Part shown: positions 51,757 through 64,000 of the stretch, piece by piece | Layout: each line of letters starts with the position of its first letter | Position numbering within the stretch: the first letter of the stretch is position 1 | Assembly: GCA_040954595.2 (NCBI GenBank) | Contig: CM082589.2 | Span: 6,011,186-6,075,185, forward strand | Length of the DNA stretch: 64,000 nt | Origin: Balanoglossus misakiensis | Taxonomy: Eukaryota > Animalia > Hemichordata | Direction of reading: 5' to 3' | Translations under genes and position numbers: made by a program | Notes under the pieces: model-generated | What the model saw: only the letters and a program-made list of their open reading frames with translations | Database searches by the model: none | What the model was told of the DNA's origin: nothing

Positions 51757-54700
51757 TACTAAATTGACCAATCAGAGTGCAGCATTCTGGCTCACTCATA
51801 TGCGCGTCCTGTCGACAGTAAAGGCTCGAAAAAACCCGTTTTTGAGCAGAATGTGATCACAGAAATAAATCACGATCACAAATTTAGAAAGTTACATTGT
51901 GTGTGAAACACCAGACATTTTTTCCCGTATGATACTACATCTGTGTTTATTTTACGGAGAGTTGAAATTGAAAACCCCGACACACGTGCACACTCTATGC
52001 ATGCTATGTATATGTACTGTACTGGGTTAGGCAAAAAATGTCTAGCCACTGAGATAACAGGCACCCAAAGCCCAGTTAACAGTTAGGCATCGCAGTAAGA
52101 CACATTCACTGGGTATATTTTATGCAGTGCTTGTACTGTTCACATATTCTAATGAACGCAGTATAAGAACTCTAATTTTAAGATTGTGCAACAAATCAGA
52201 GTACATATAATACCCTGTTCAACCGATCAAACTTCATATTTTTGTTAATGACAGCTCCCCTTGCATGCCGGAAAAAAACTAGCGACCAGCCAAGAATGAA
52301 CACAACAAAAGTCGAGCTGTAAACTGGAAAATAAATGTATTTTATTTGTATTTATCACTACTCTACACAAGGAAACAAATACTGAATTTTTAGAATTTTT
52401 TAGTAAAACATCACCAGTAAACACAGATGGTGACGGAACATGTAAGAAAAAACACCTCCATACAACTGAGGTAAAATTGTACAAAAACCACTTGTCTTTC
52501 ATGGGTTGTGTCCTTTGATGGAGATTGTGAAAGATAGAATGAACGGCTAGATTTTGCGTCTGAGACTTGACACAAGCCATGTCAAAGTTCCTGGAAGCAA
52601 CTTCCCTTCACACTCAACTTTGACCTTTCAGCTAATTTTCATGACAGCATATGCCGACGCTTTCTATTCTAAAAGCGCTGCTCAAATTTGAATTTGGATC
52701 TGTATCACAGCCACAGGCCAAACAGAAGCTGGTTTTAATAAAGTGGCCAGAAATAAAGCATAGCACACTTTCTCAAAAAGCGTCAGTGAAGTTTGGACAA
52801 CACGCATCTGTTTTATCTATGCATATTACAACAATAAGGGGGTACTGACCCTCGCAACTTATACACAGTTCAAAAGCCATCAGAGGAAAATGCTGAAAGT
52901 TGAAAGGTCATGGGTCAATGTTGCTTTCACGGAAAACAAAAAAATGGAGAAGGTTACCGTATGAATCAATATATACATGTTTCTCCATCAGGACAGGCAT
53001 CACTGGGATATGGCAAATTACATGGAACTAGTCAAAAGTCATATATTAACAAGTGCTAAATTTTTGGCAAATGAAAAGAGCACATTACGTGTTCTTGCAC
53101 ACAGAACTTACTGAATACCCTGAGAGCCACAATATAACAGAATCTACAATAATTGCACCAATGAATGGGTGTGAATAAAAACTGTGTTGTCCTCAATTCT
53201 TGGCTGTCCTTATCTCTCTCTAACCTACATCTCATTGTTATTGTCTCTGGTTGAAAACAAGCAGTCCATCTATGTACAAAATATACACTTGCAATTAATG
53301 ACATCTCCTTTTTTCCCTTTCTTTTGTAATTTTGGATTAAGTGTCTGTGAATGATGGAAGCGCTAAATGTCTGTGGGTCTGTGCCAGTCAAGAGCGAACG
53401 ATAACGTACAGGCTGAACGAAATGCAACTTTAGAACAAAGTTTGGCAATCAAATTCATTTATATCTCAACACACGGGCTTTTGGTTCATACTTGACACCA
53501 CAGAAAATACTAATAAAGCTTGCAAATAATACTACGTACATTTGGCAGATGGTGGATTGAGATTCAATTTAAGAAAGAAATTCTGGATAAAATTATTGCA
53601 AATACACATTTTTGTGCGAAGAGAAACGATGACAAAACTGATAGAAAAGACAAAATAGTGAAAAGTGCTCATAATTTTTAGTATCACAACTACAGTGCAG
53701 CAACAATAAAGCTAATATTACAGTGAAATTATTGAAAGCTGTTTAAAAAATAATTCTGTTTGACCAGCACTTGTGACTGCTATGATTGGATGTTAGATCC
53801 ATGAGCTTAGGGGGATCTACCAATCAAAACACTGACATGCCTCTAAGAATAAGTGCACTTTCACAATAGAGGGCACCATCAATTACATAAACTGCAATCG
53901 TCAACTAAATGATATTCTAATAAACTTGGCCTGTTCTGGTCTTCCCTTCAGTGGCAAATACTTTCCTTGGGGATGATACTTTAGAGTAATTTTAAAGTTG
54001 CGTCGTTTGATAACCACAAATGCATTTATGCTGACAAAAACCCACGGCACACACGTATTGTACGGTGCCTGTCTTTGTATAAAAAAATAGATATCAATTT
54101 CTCCAGGTCATTTCTATTAAGCAGTGATCAGGGAACGCCCTTTTTAACAGACTGGGTTGATGATAGTCAAATCCGCATCAATCAGAACTGCATGGGTTTT
54201 CCTGATCACGTCCATGACACATATTTATCTGAACAGACACAATGACATGCACAACTCTAAAAAACATGTCTATATAACAGACAAGACCTCCATTTGATGC
54301 ACTTTCGGACACTGCTGTGTCTAAACCTATGCCAGTATATGGGACGACATGCCTACACTTTAATACAGCACTGACCTCGCACAAGCAAATCCCAAATTCT
54401 GGCCGTTTCTTTTTTTGTATTACATGCCTCTCGACTTGAAAAATATTCAGATACTTTTCTAAGTCACCTCATGAAAATCACACTCAACTTTCAGGCTAGA
54501 AATGCTGTAGTCTTTTGGCAATTTTTTGCAGATTGAGCATATTTTTCTTTAATTTGTTGCACAAGACATGATTTGCTGGTGGCTGAACTTTTGGTCATGG
54601 CCGATGCGTGCTGCTGTTGTTAAGGAAAGCAACCACAGCCTGTCAAAGGTTGCAAAACTGCAGAGTTTGGACACTGGATACATCTGAAAACTTGACCCGA

Positions 54701-57700
54701 ATCTCCATATTATAACTGACCACCTGTCGTTTGACTGCCATATTTCTGACACTAGACCAATCATTGAGTTCTTCACAGCACACCACATGAGACATGCAAT
54801 TTACTCGTTTTTTTTCATTCTTTCATGATTTATATTAATTCTATAATACTGTTGGTCGCTAAAAATCAGCTTCGTGTATACACCTATGGTAATAACATTC
54901 TACTCTCTATTCCCATACATTTAACTTGAAGTATGACCAATGTACGATTTCCCTGAAGAAAATAATTAAAACGTCAAAACAATCTTGTAATTCCTGAGAA
55001 GTTACTGTATATAACAATGGACAACAGTGAACACTACCAGAATGTAGCAATGTATATGAAATCCCATACAACTGAGATAATAGTAATATATGTGGGTAAG
55101 ACTATGAGTTACATTTCACAGTTACAAAATATATCTCTGATCTGGAGACTCAGTTCTCAAAGCTCTTTAAGTTGATCCCCTTCATCACCGTATCCCCAAT
55201 CCAATGGTTTAGCCCTACAGCTTAATATAACAGGGCTGGACTTGTGTATTATAGCGAAAGGGGTAGACTGGTTGTATCTGTCTGGTTAAAAATGAAAATG
55301 TCATGAAGCTGTGCCTCCCCTGGTCTACACAGTGGTGACACCCTATAATACAAGCCAATGAATACGGCTAAGTGAGCAATGTTACTTTAAGGGCATTCAG
55401 CAATTTGGAGAAAGGGGGGGGGGGGGTCCAAACCTTTCAGCATTTGAGAAGTGGCTCCAGCAATGAGAGGGACAATATAACTGAATTTAAAAAGTGACAA
55501 AAAGCAACTTTTGAAACTCTGATTTCCTTCAGACAACATCTCTGGGTAAAGAAATCCTGCACGGACTCAAAAGCAAAAACATAAAATAGTAAACGTGCGA
55601 CATAACTAAGTGCAAAAAGTGCAAACAAAATTTATATTATATAAGCTTCAAACTTCAAATGATTTTTTCCCTTTTCTCATTTCAACCACAGTTTGGAAGG
55701 ACCCAACTATTCTGTTTGTGAATCACTTCCCCCAAACTGCTCTTTCTCCCTCTCCCTGACTGTTCACACAAGCAAACCTGGAATATCTCTCGTTCTTTCT
55801 TTCCCTGGTGAGGGAAAATGCTCAGTTAATATGTTTTCCATCTGATAAATGACTATTCGTGATAAGCCAAATACGATAAAGTATTTCGAAGATTTGACAA
55901 AAATCTCCTGGGAATCCCTTATACTAGTTTTCTGTTGAAATTATGCAATATCTTTTTATCATAAGCATCAGTTTCAATCAGACCGTTCCATTACCAAGAA
56001 TGGGTAACTAACTGTGAACAAGAGGTAATGTTTGGAGTGGAGGGAGGTAATACACTGTATACAGCAATTAAATTCATCACACATTTGTCATGTTATAAAA
56101 ATTAGCACACAGTGTTCTCCATATTATGTCAAGACTTGGAAACATTTTCACCAACACTCACAGGCAGCTAAGCCTCAGGTGTCCATTGTTAAAAACTTAG
56201 CCTTTTCAGTTAAAAAATATGACAAAGTTAGATATATTTCTGCATCATAAGAATGTTGGCACATTGTTAGTGTTCATGCTATATAAGCTGTATTCTTTAT
56301 ATTTTAGAAGTATTTTTTTTTTAATTTTTTAAATGCACACCTGTTCTTATTGGATAGTTGGTGTCATGTGAATATCACATGACAAGACTAACCCAATCAG
56401 GGATGGGCGAGTGACATGATCACGGGATCTCCAGAATGATTTATTTTTTAAAAAGATTAGGATTTGCTGCAGGAGACTTCCTCTACGTTGAACTACAGCA
56501 CTGGCACAGTGGAAGCAATGCAAAATCGACACCCTCAACCCTCCCCCAAATTCTTCATTTTCCTAGTGAGTAGAACTCCCACTGCGAACAAAACAAGATG
56601 CATTTTATGGAACATTGAATGTCATTTAACCGTTTGGGGTGGAGGAGGATCGATGGAGGGGAAGGGGTAAAAGTTACAGCCGCAAGGGGGGAAGCAGGCA
56701 GTTTCAACAGATTCAGAGGGGCACTGGTTTGACATTTTCAGCCGCACAAAACACTGACGAGGAAAATAAATTATCGCAGTCTCAACTAGCTCCTCTGATC
56801 TGATAGGCAGTTCACCGTAATCTTGCATATATATGTTACCTCCGTGACAGAGGAACCTGTTACCATGGCAGCAGAGTGAGTAACCATGTCTGCCATCACT
56901 TCCTGTCGAGTTGTGGGGTGTCGAACATGACGTCAATTCATCACGGTTTCCGACTGCATGAATGGATATTACTCGGTGATCCGTGGAAAATTTCCTTTTC
57001 AAATCCCGATTTCACAGTTCGGCTTACTGAGCGTGGCTCCACATACTTGGGATTAATCTACCTGGCAATTTCTGTAATCATTTCTCTTTTTTTTTCGCGA
57101 CTTTCAATTATTTTTTCTTCCTTCTGCACCTCAGTTTATCCACACTTTTGGTTTGACGATGTGTTGAGAAAGTGTCGTACAAAACCTTTGTGAAAGATAC
57201 TTCCTGAAAGACTTTTTTTTTTCCTGAAGGCAGATAAGATGTGTCTTTCTCTCGAAATTTGCCAGGGCAGAACCCAGCAGGTTTATGCTATGCTCACAAA
57301 TTCTTAGTTAACCTATGATCTTGATTTTTTTCTTTTGGAGGAGTGACATTCTTTCGGAGACTAGGTTTCTAAAAGGGTGCTTTTTTTCCTGAGAACACTG
57401 GACTAATAATAATAACTGTTTAAAAAGGGAACAGGGTATTTTATCACCCGTGTTGGGCCTGTTTTCATTATGGACACTTGCTGCAGATTATATACCCTAT
57501 CATCCCTGTTCATCGCGAGTGGAACATCCCTAGGTGCAAACAACCTTGTGGGACTGTTCAACATGGTTTAAACAGGGGGAGGGGTGGTGGGACTCAAGCA
57601 GGCAGCGCAAGAGGGATCTGTTTGGTTTGTTTATCATCAAAGCGACAAAATGTGAATTTTAAAGATCGTTCACTCATAGCACCACTTTGTTGTCCAAAAT

Positions 57701-57805
57701 ACACAATATATGGGTAATAATATCATAACTAGAAGAAGCCCTGCTCCAAAGGATCTTTGGGCGGGCCTACGAAATATAGAATTAATGGCTAGTGTGTCTC
57801 TCTGT

Positions 57806-58807
57806 TTATGGCCACTCAAATTTCTTCCCTGTCATGTCTTCAAACTTTTCATTAAAAGGCTGGTAGAATTCTTGGAGTTTTTGCATAACTCGGTGTTCCA
57901 CGTCGGGGTGCTTCCGCCCTTTGCTGTCCGACAGACACTTGTTAGTTCTCTCGTCTTTCATACAGTAAAATCCACGGGTCTCGTTGAAGTAAAAGTTACT
58001 GTACGATATTTTGTGCTCCAGCCCCAGGAAGTTCTCCACCTCGTGCAGTTGCGGTACGGGGTCCTTGATGAGTTTGTCGCCGTCCACCACGTGGATCTGC
58101 TGCTTGGGGAAAACGTCGAACCATTTCTCTAGGTGTTTGGAGTACATGGACGTTCGCACCGCCTTGTATTTGGTGTTGATGCGACTGCCGTCGAGAACGA
58201 GCTCCTCGAAGGTCTCGTGGGGCTTGTTCCTCTCCACTTTGTTCGAGTGCGTCTGCGTGTAGTCCGACACCACCCGGGTGGCCGGGTCCCGCACGATGAC
58301 CAGCAGCTTCACCGACGGGTCCATCTTGTAAATTCTCTCCGGCACGTCGTCCGTGATGAAGTAGGCGGGGCTCTTCTCCATGCTGATCTGGTCCGGGTAC
58401 GAGTACGGCATGTGGCGCCGGTACCAGTCCAGCCCCCGGCTGTAGTTCTCGTCGCGGTCAAAGAAGTGCAGTTCGGCCGAGGCCGCCTCGATCTTCGGGT
58501 GCAGCTTCAGCATCGCGAGGAGCGCCCGGGTGCCACACTTCCGCACGCCCACGATGATGGCTTTCGGCAGCCGCCTCTTCATCCCCTTGGCGTGGAAGAA
58601 ATCCATGGAGTCGTCGTCGTCCAGGTCCACCACGCCGTTGAGCTCCTCGCGCGTCTGGTACGCCGAGAGCGGCTTGGGCCTCATGAAACACAGTATGTCC
58701 TGCTTGGTGTGGTACAACACATTGCCCACCAGGATCAGTCCAAAAACGCTTGCCACCAGGCACACCACAAAACACTTCGTTTTAACCGTCATATCTTTCA
58801 TTCCCAT
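57806..58807 (-). CDS. HS3ST5: Heparan sulfate glucosamine 3-O-sulfotransferase, HS3ST1/HS3ST5 subgroup, 333 aa, single coding exon
   Basis: Type II signal-anchor, 5'-PSB LPKAIIVGVRKCGTRALL, ELHFFD, EKSPAYF, 3'-PB IVRDPATRVVSDY, and YFNETRGFYC...CLSDSKGRKHP. Splice acceptor at about 58907 upstream. HS3ST1 and HS3ST5 cannot be cleanly separated. Confidence 0.92.
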   Translation of the reverse strand: MGMKDMTVKTKCFVVCLVASVFGLILVGNVLYHTKQDILCFMRPKPLSAYQTREELNGVVDLDDDDSMDFFHAKGMKRRLPKAIIVGVRKCGTRALLAMLKLHPKIEAASAELHFFDRDENYSRGLDWYRRHMPYSYPDQISMEKSPAYFITDDVPERIYKMDPSVKLLVIVRDPATRVVSDYTQTHSNKVERNKPHETFEELVLDGSRINTKYKAVRTSMYSKHLEKWFDVFPKQQIHVVDGDKLIKDPVPQLHEVENFLGLEHKISYSNFYFNETRGFYCMKDERTNKCLSDSKGRKHPDVEHRVMQKLQEFYQPFNEKFEDMTGKKFEWP

Positions 58808-61800
58808 GGCGACCAGCAGGGCATCATGGGATACATGTCAACGACGCCAGCCTGGAGACATGGACTGGAGGTGGCACCACCAGTGAGCCCTCTATATGAA
58901 TTCCAACCTGAAAATGAACAGAATAATATTCAGTACTTCATTCACTCATCCAAATAAATCTCAAGATTGAAAATACTGCAGGCTTTATTCTCCACACCAA
59001 AAATGTAATTTTATACACAGAAAAAGCTTGGCCTTGATTCGAATGAAACATGCTTATCATTAAACCAAAAGATCACTTTTCAGTATCGCTTTTGTTTATA
59101 ATCAGCATGTAGGAGTGATTTCTGTGAAACTTGAGAATGTCAGAGTTTTTATGAATATTCTGTTTCCAACGAATATCCAGAATTACACCTAAAATGTGGC
59201 GATTTTATCAATAACACACTGCTGCATGCTGCGTAAATGTTGAAAAGAAAAATTAGAATTCATGTTTGAAATCGTACTGCTGTACATCACTAATGAAGTC
59301 CGTAGTACATGTACACCCAAACCGTAATGCACTGACGTTTACAATATGAACTGTGTCCAGGGTTATACCACTAAGTATGCATTGTGTGTGCACTAGGCCT
59401 ATGGGTGGTGTGCTCTGCATTGTGGAATGGGCAACAGGACTGCTGGAGAAACTCTCCAAGATGCGTACATGCAAACAGATACAGCCCCTTGTACCGAGGT
59501 CACACAAATTCACGAAGCCAACGATAACCTCCCTTAAATGTCACTATCACTCGCACAAAACAGCACTCATTTGATGATTTGCCTGCCCATTTATTTGTTC
59601 AGGGGGCTCAAGTCTTGCCAATCCCACAGATAAATGACCTGTCAAAAGACAACATAAAGTGAAGTGCAGCCCCAGGGAATGTTCTGTGGGTGACCGCGTA
59701 TTCTCCTTCCATTTTGTATGCAGCTTACACTCCGCTGTATGCCAACAGGGGTTAAAAAATGCCCACTGAAGTCAATCCCTCCCGGGCATGGACACTTAAA
59801 CACGGCATTGTCGTTCGCGAATAGCCAAGTCTACGCGCTGAATGCGAAAGAAGGGTCACGTTTGCTGTCTGTAAAATGAATGCATGTACACGGAGAAGAG
59901 TTTCCTCTCTACCACATAAAATGCGACTTGACAAAAGTGAATTTATTATTATTTAAAAGGGGGGAGGGGATATTAAAGCGCCCTCAACTGCCAATCTGCA
60001 GTGAGGGGCGCGCAACTTCGAAGTGACAAAACAGAGCAGTGACTTCGATGAATGAAAAATGAACAAGTACTACAACAGCTAGGCTACACACAAATCCAAA
60101 TCAGAGCCAACAATATGACCGATTTCCTGGTATACATGTTCTGCCAACTTGATCGATTTGGGGTCGTCAGATTCAGTTAAATTACAACGGTTTAATACGT
60201 AGCAGAGACAAAGCCAGTCCATAATGATTAAGTTGTACGAGCACCAGCACATAGCAAACCACGGGAAAAATTAGTGTATAATGAAATCTCAATTACAACC
60301 AAACCCTGTCTAATCTGGACATCTGTCTATACTGAACACCTGTACCACTGTGTTGCATACATAAGTCACCATGTACGTTCAAAGACTTCTATAGACCAGA
60401 GACCTCTGCAGACCAAACAGTTTTCTTGGTCCGAGAAAGGACAAGACCTCTCAATAGAGAAATACGACCAGGGTTGTTGATCACACAGGGGGAGAGTGCA
60501 GTCACCATGCATACAGAAGCCAATCCTCACCAATACTCACAATCAACCAGTCAGAAAGGTCTGGTCTGAATCCTCAATGATTGCGACGTACAATCGTGAA
60601 AATCCACCTGTGATGCACACAGTGTCTCATGCATGCAGAATGATGTCAGTTCCTCGGCACCGCTGTGCGGGACGTGACGCTGCTGATAATGTCGTCGCGG
60701 CAACTGAACCTGTCAGCCGAGCTGAAACGTGCCGGCGACCGGCGCAATCAGATTTTCCAGAACAATTACACTCTCACTGGATTCAGTTCCTTCAACCACT
60801 GGCCCATCAATAATAGCGGGGATAGATATTATTCATTGAATTTACTATCCTATCAGGATGAAGTTCTTAAATCAAAACGTGGTATGCAGTCGATCAAATC
60901 TTTTTCAACACAACTGGCAGTGCAAACAGCCACATTTCAGATACATGAATTCCTGCGAGTTCTGCACACACCCAACCACAATGAATCCAATAGCTCGTCA
61001 TGTCTGCCAAACACGCCAGTTCAAACACAACTTAATTATATTTGGTGGTATCCCTCGAGCGACTTTATTTTTCTGTTAATTTGTACCCGGCCAACTGGAG
61101 ATCTTCTATCTGTCTCAGATGTACTATTACACAGCAGATTAAATAAAACTTCCTTTTCAGATGCAACAAAAAAGGTCAGAACATCGCACAATTGCAGTTC
61201 GACTTGATTCAGTAATCCAGTTGTGTCGTCTTTTTATGTTGCAGTTTTCCGCGATACATCGCGTGTCGGATGAAATCCAAGCAAAGTTTGCCATTTTTTA
61301 TTGAATTATGCTTCAGAACAGTATTCAATTCATCAGATGAAGACACCCTCTCTGTCTTCATTGCCTCTCGTTTATTGCATTAGCGTCTTTTAAGGACTTC
61401 ATTTTCCCTCTCGAAACTGTGACTACCGAGTGTCATCTTCTCGGGAGGTGATGACATCAATTATACAATTATCACTTTCACGACTGCCTCGCGGTCGCAC
61501 GCACTACGCGATCATTGGGCTCTGTGTTAATTCACACTGACCCATTCTCTTCCTCAAGTTCTAGGATCGAAACTTCCATCTAATGAATTTTTCCGGCTTT
61601 CAACAGTAACAGAATGATACATACACCTCAAAGACTTCAGAAAACATTCAGAACAGCTAAAGATTTGAAGACCATGTGACAAAATGCTTGAGATTAAACG
61701 GAACGAAGAAGAATGCAGATTTCAACAATACCCATACGTAACGGAAACATACACTTTCCAGTGGCACATTTCAATCCATGAACAGTGGAACCGAGGAATA

Positions 61801-64000
61801 GATTTGCTTCAAAAGTCATGATATTAGCATGTTTGCAAATTGCATATAACGTTTATACTGTACTGTATTTCATAACTTGATCTTTAAGTACACTTAAAGA
61901 TTTAGCAGTAGGCCACTCAGCATACACACACAGAGCGGAGACCGATAACGTAGATCTCGCTTGGGAAATAAACCCTCTCTTGGGTTATATAAAAAAAATC
62001 TCAAATTATATTAGAACGAAAAGAGGAAGTAATTTAATTTCCCTAGCAAGCTTTTAACTCATTGCTCAATCCGATACACTGCATGTTAAACAGGGGCAGC
62101 TACAGACCTGGGGCGTACTTGCTTACCAGGGTACATGCTTTTGTTCCTTGCAAACGCAACACCCAAAGGACGTACGCATCGCTGGCAGGATACAAGATCT
62201 TGTTGCGGGGAATATCTCCCTTTAGATTTGGGTTTATAGCGACATTTTTTCCATTACAAAGATGCTTGGATAAGATCCTGTGTATTGATCGTTATTAACC
62301 TCAGTTGATCTGTGGGTGGCGTTCCTGAAAAGGGAGCCTACTGTATCTCTGTGATAGTCTCAACAAAGCTATCGGGCACAACATTCAGACTTGCCTTTAT
62401 CACATTGTGTTGATAATTTGCGTTTTTAATAATGTACCACCTGCTACAGAAACGCTCAAATTTTTCATATATTCTTGAAAAGAACTTGGCCTTGGGCGAT
62501 TTTAAAGTAAAATGTCAATTCTATGTTTTGCGAGAGTTTCCAGAAGAACACAAAGATGAGAAATACAAAACTGCCTAAAGTACTTCAACGTTTTCAATCC
62601 ACAAACCGAATGTACTACAGCAGTCAACGTGAAAAAAAGATGAGCTCTCTGCAGCTTTGACATTTCAGCGCATCTATTCTGCATGTGTTAATCTTTTCAA
62701 GTACAGAGTCCTAACAAATTATTCATCCCTCGCTCGGCATTTAGGATATCACGTTTTCAGGGCAGTGGCTGTATCTGGTGGGGTTTACATGTACAATGAC
62801 TGACATTACAGAGACACAAACTCAGACATCAAGATCTGTTTCTTGTTTCACAAGAGGGGATAGGACTGTTCTGTTTTCATCAACAGGTGTGTGAATTGCT
62901 TTATTTCTTTCTCGTATTGAGAAACTTAACAGTGAAACTTCACTTGATGGGGTATAACTGGAACATGGTCAACTGCTGGCCTAAATAAAAAAAGCCTGAC
63001 CTAAATTTGCAAGTCATATGACAGCACCAAGCATTTTCTTTAAGAGCCGAATAAAAAAATTGAGCGCACAAATATGACTGCATATAAAGAGTTAGTGTAG
63101 CCATATTGAACATTGGCCCCATAGTGACGTAATTATTGGCACGTCGGCAAATGAAACACAGCCGCCTGCGCTCACCCCTTGCGCTTGCATCAATGTCGAG
63201 TGGTCTCACAGGACCCAATTTCTCTTTATTGGCAAAATTACTCCGCAAATGGCTCAGTTGGGTATAAACTTTCCTGCGCAATTTGTTTGCCTTGCCCGTC
63301 GTTCGCAGGTCTGCCGAGCTGCCTCAGGACCGACTGATGGGCGTTTTCCCTCGTCTTTCGCGGTCTCCTAGCAACCGCGAGTAGTTGCATCACCGGTGTA
63401 ATACTCGGCTCCGCCAACTAAAGCTGATAAGAGCGCACTTCTCTCATTAGGACGGAAAAAGGGGACGTTTTGAGCGAGCACTTAATGCACACGCGATAGG
63501 GGAAAGTAAAGGCCGCTACTTTAAAACGCAAAAACACACACACGATCTGATATCAGGAACACTTTATACATGCCTCAGTCAATATTAACCGGTTTGGATA
63601 AAACCCAATATCTAGTCTTACACAGGTCTTCTATTGATTTGTCCACAATATAACAGTTGATAACTCGAGTAATCAAACCCCCTGTCACTTTTAAATCTCA
63701 TTCTACTCTACTTAGGAACCGGGGTACAGTGTGGCGTGGCTTGCACACATGATTAAAAAAGTTAAGGTTTCTTCCCAGAGGTTTTGACACTGATGAATGA
63801 AGGGGCAGACACTCTCTCAGTCCATGGCTAGTGCATATACATTCTACATCAGATATGTAGCAAATTTTCTATAGGCACATCGATTCTCTTCCCCCCCCCC
63901 CCCCCCCTTCCCATGTGTTGCAGGCAGAGAGAGTTATGGGAGGGTGGGACATGAAAATGAACATACCGTTTCCATAGTCTGCAAAATGACACTCACCATA

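Noticed and set aside
49175-51762. Paired small ORFs (MAAVVVDFVLAKSSKRGRC...) at both ends of the foldback element
   Set aside because: They are translations of the TIRs, with no transposase motifs.
58133-58957. 274-aa plus-strand ORF
   Set aside because: Antisense shadow of the GC3-rich HS3ST coding exon.
60665-61207. 180-aa plus-strand ORF
   Set aside because: GTG start, no recognisable domain or splice support; lies upstream of the HS3ST coding exon, probably in its intron.

Overview
Animal genomic DNA with spliceosomal introns, gene-dense and AT-rich between genes; gene content suggests a non-vertebrate animal but the species cannot be fixed from sequence alone. Left to right: the 3' 16 exons of IFT172 (+); a metadherin/LYRIC-like single-pass membrane protein gene (-, 29243 to 12239); a head-to-head inverted duplicate pair of double-MYND-finger + DUF4470-like genes; OSER1 (+); LAPTM4 (+); OARD1/TARG1 with an N-terminal extension (-); a 2.4-kb foldback element with a 107-bp satellite; and an HS3ST1/5-like heparan sulfate 3-O-sulfotransferase (-). 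The most striking observation is a two-exon cassette in the 12.8-kb first intron of the metadherin-like gene. It encodes an intact PKC-delta/theta-type C1B (diacylglycerol/phorbol-binding) zinc finger, is phase 0-0 and 216 nt long, and fits in frame between the transmembrane exon and exon 2, with no other PKC exon seen in the window. This suggests a membrane-anchored LYRIC-like DAG sensor made by exon shuffling. Second is the mosaic of near-identical and strongly diverged blocks between the inverted MYND-DUF4470 paralogs. All gene models were spliced by hand and family calls rest on remembered motifs, not database searches.
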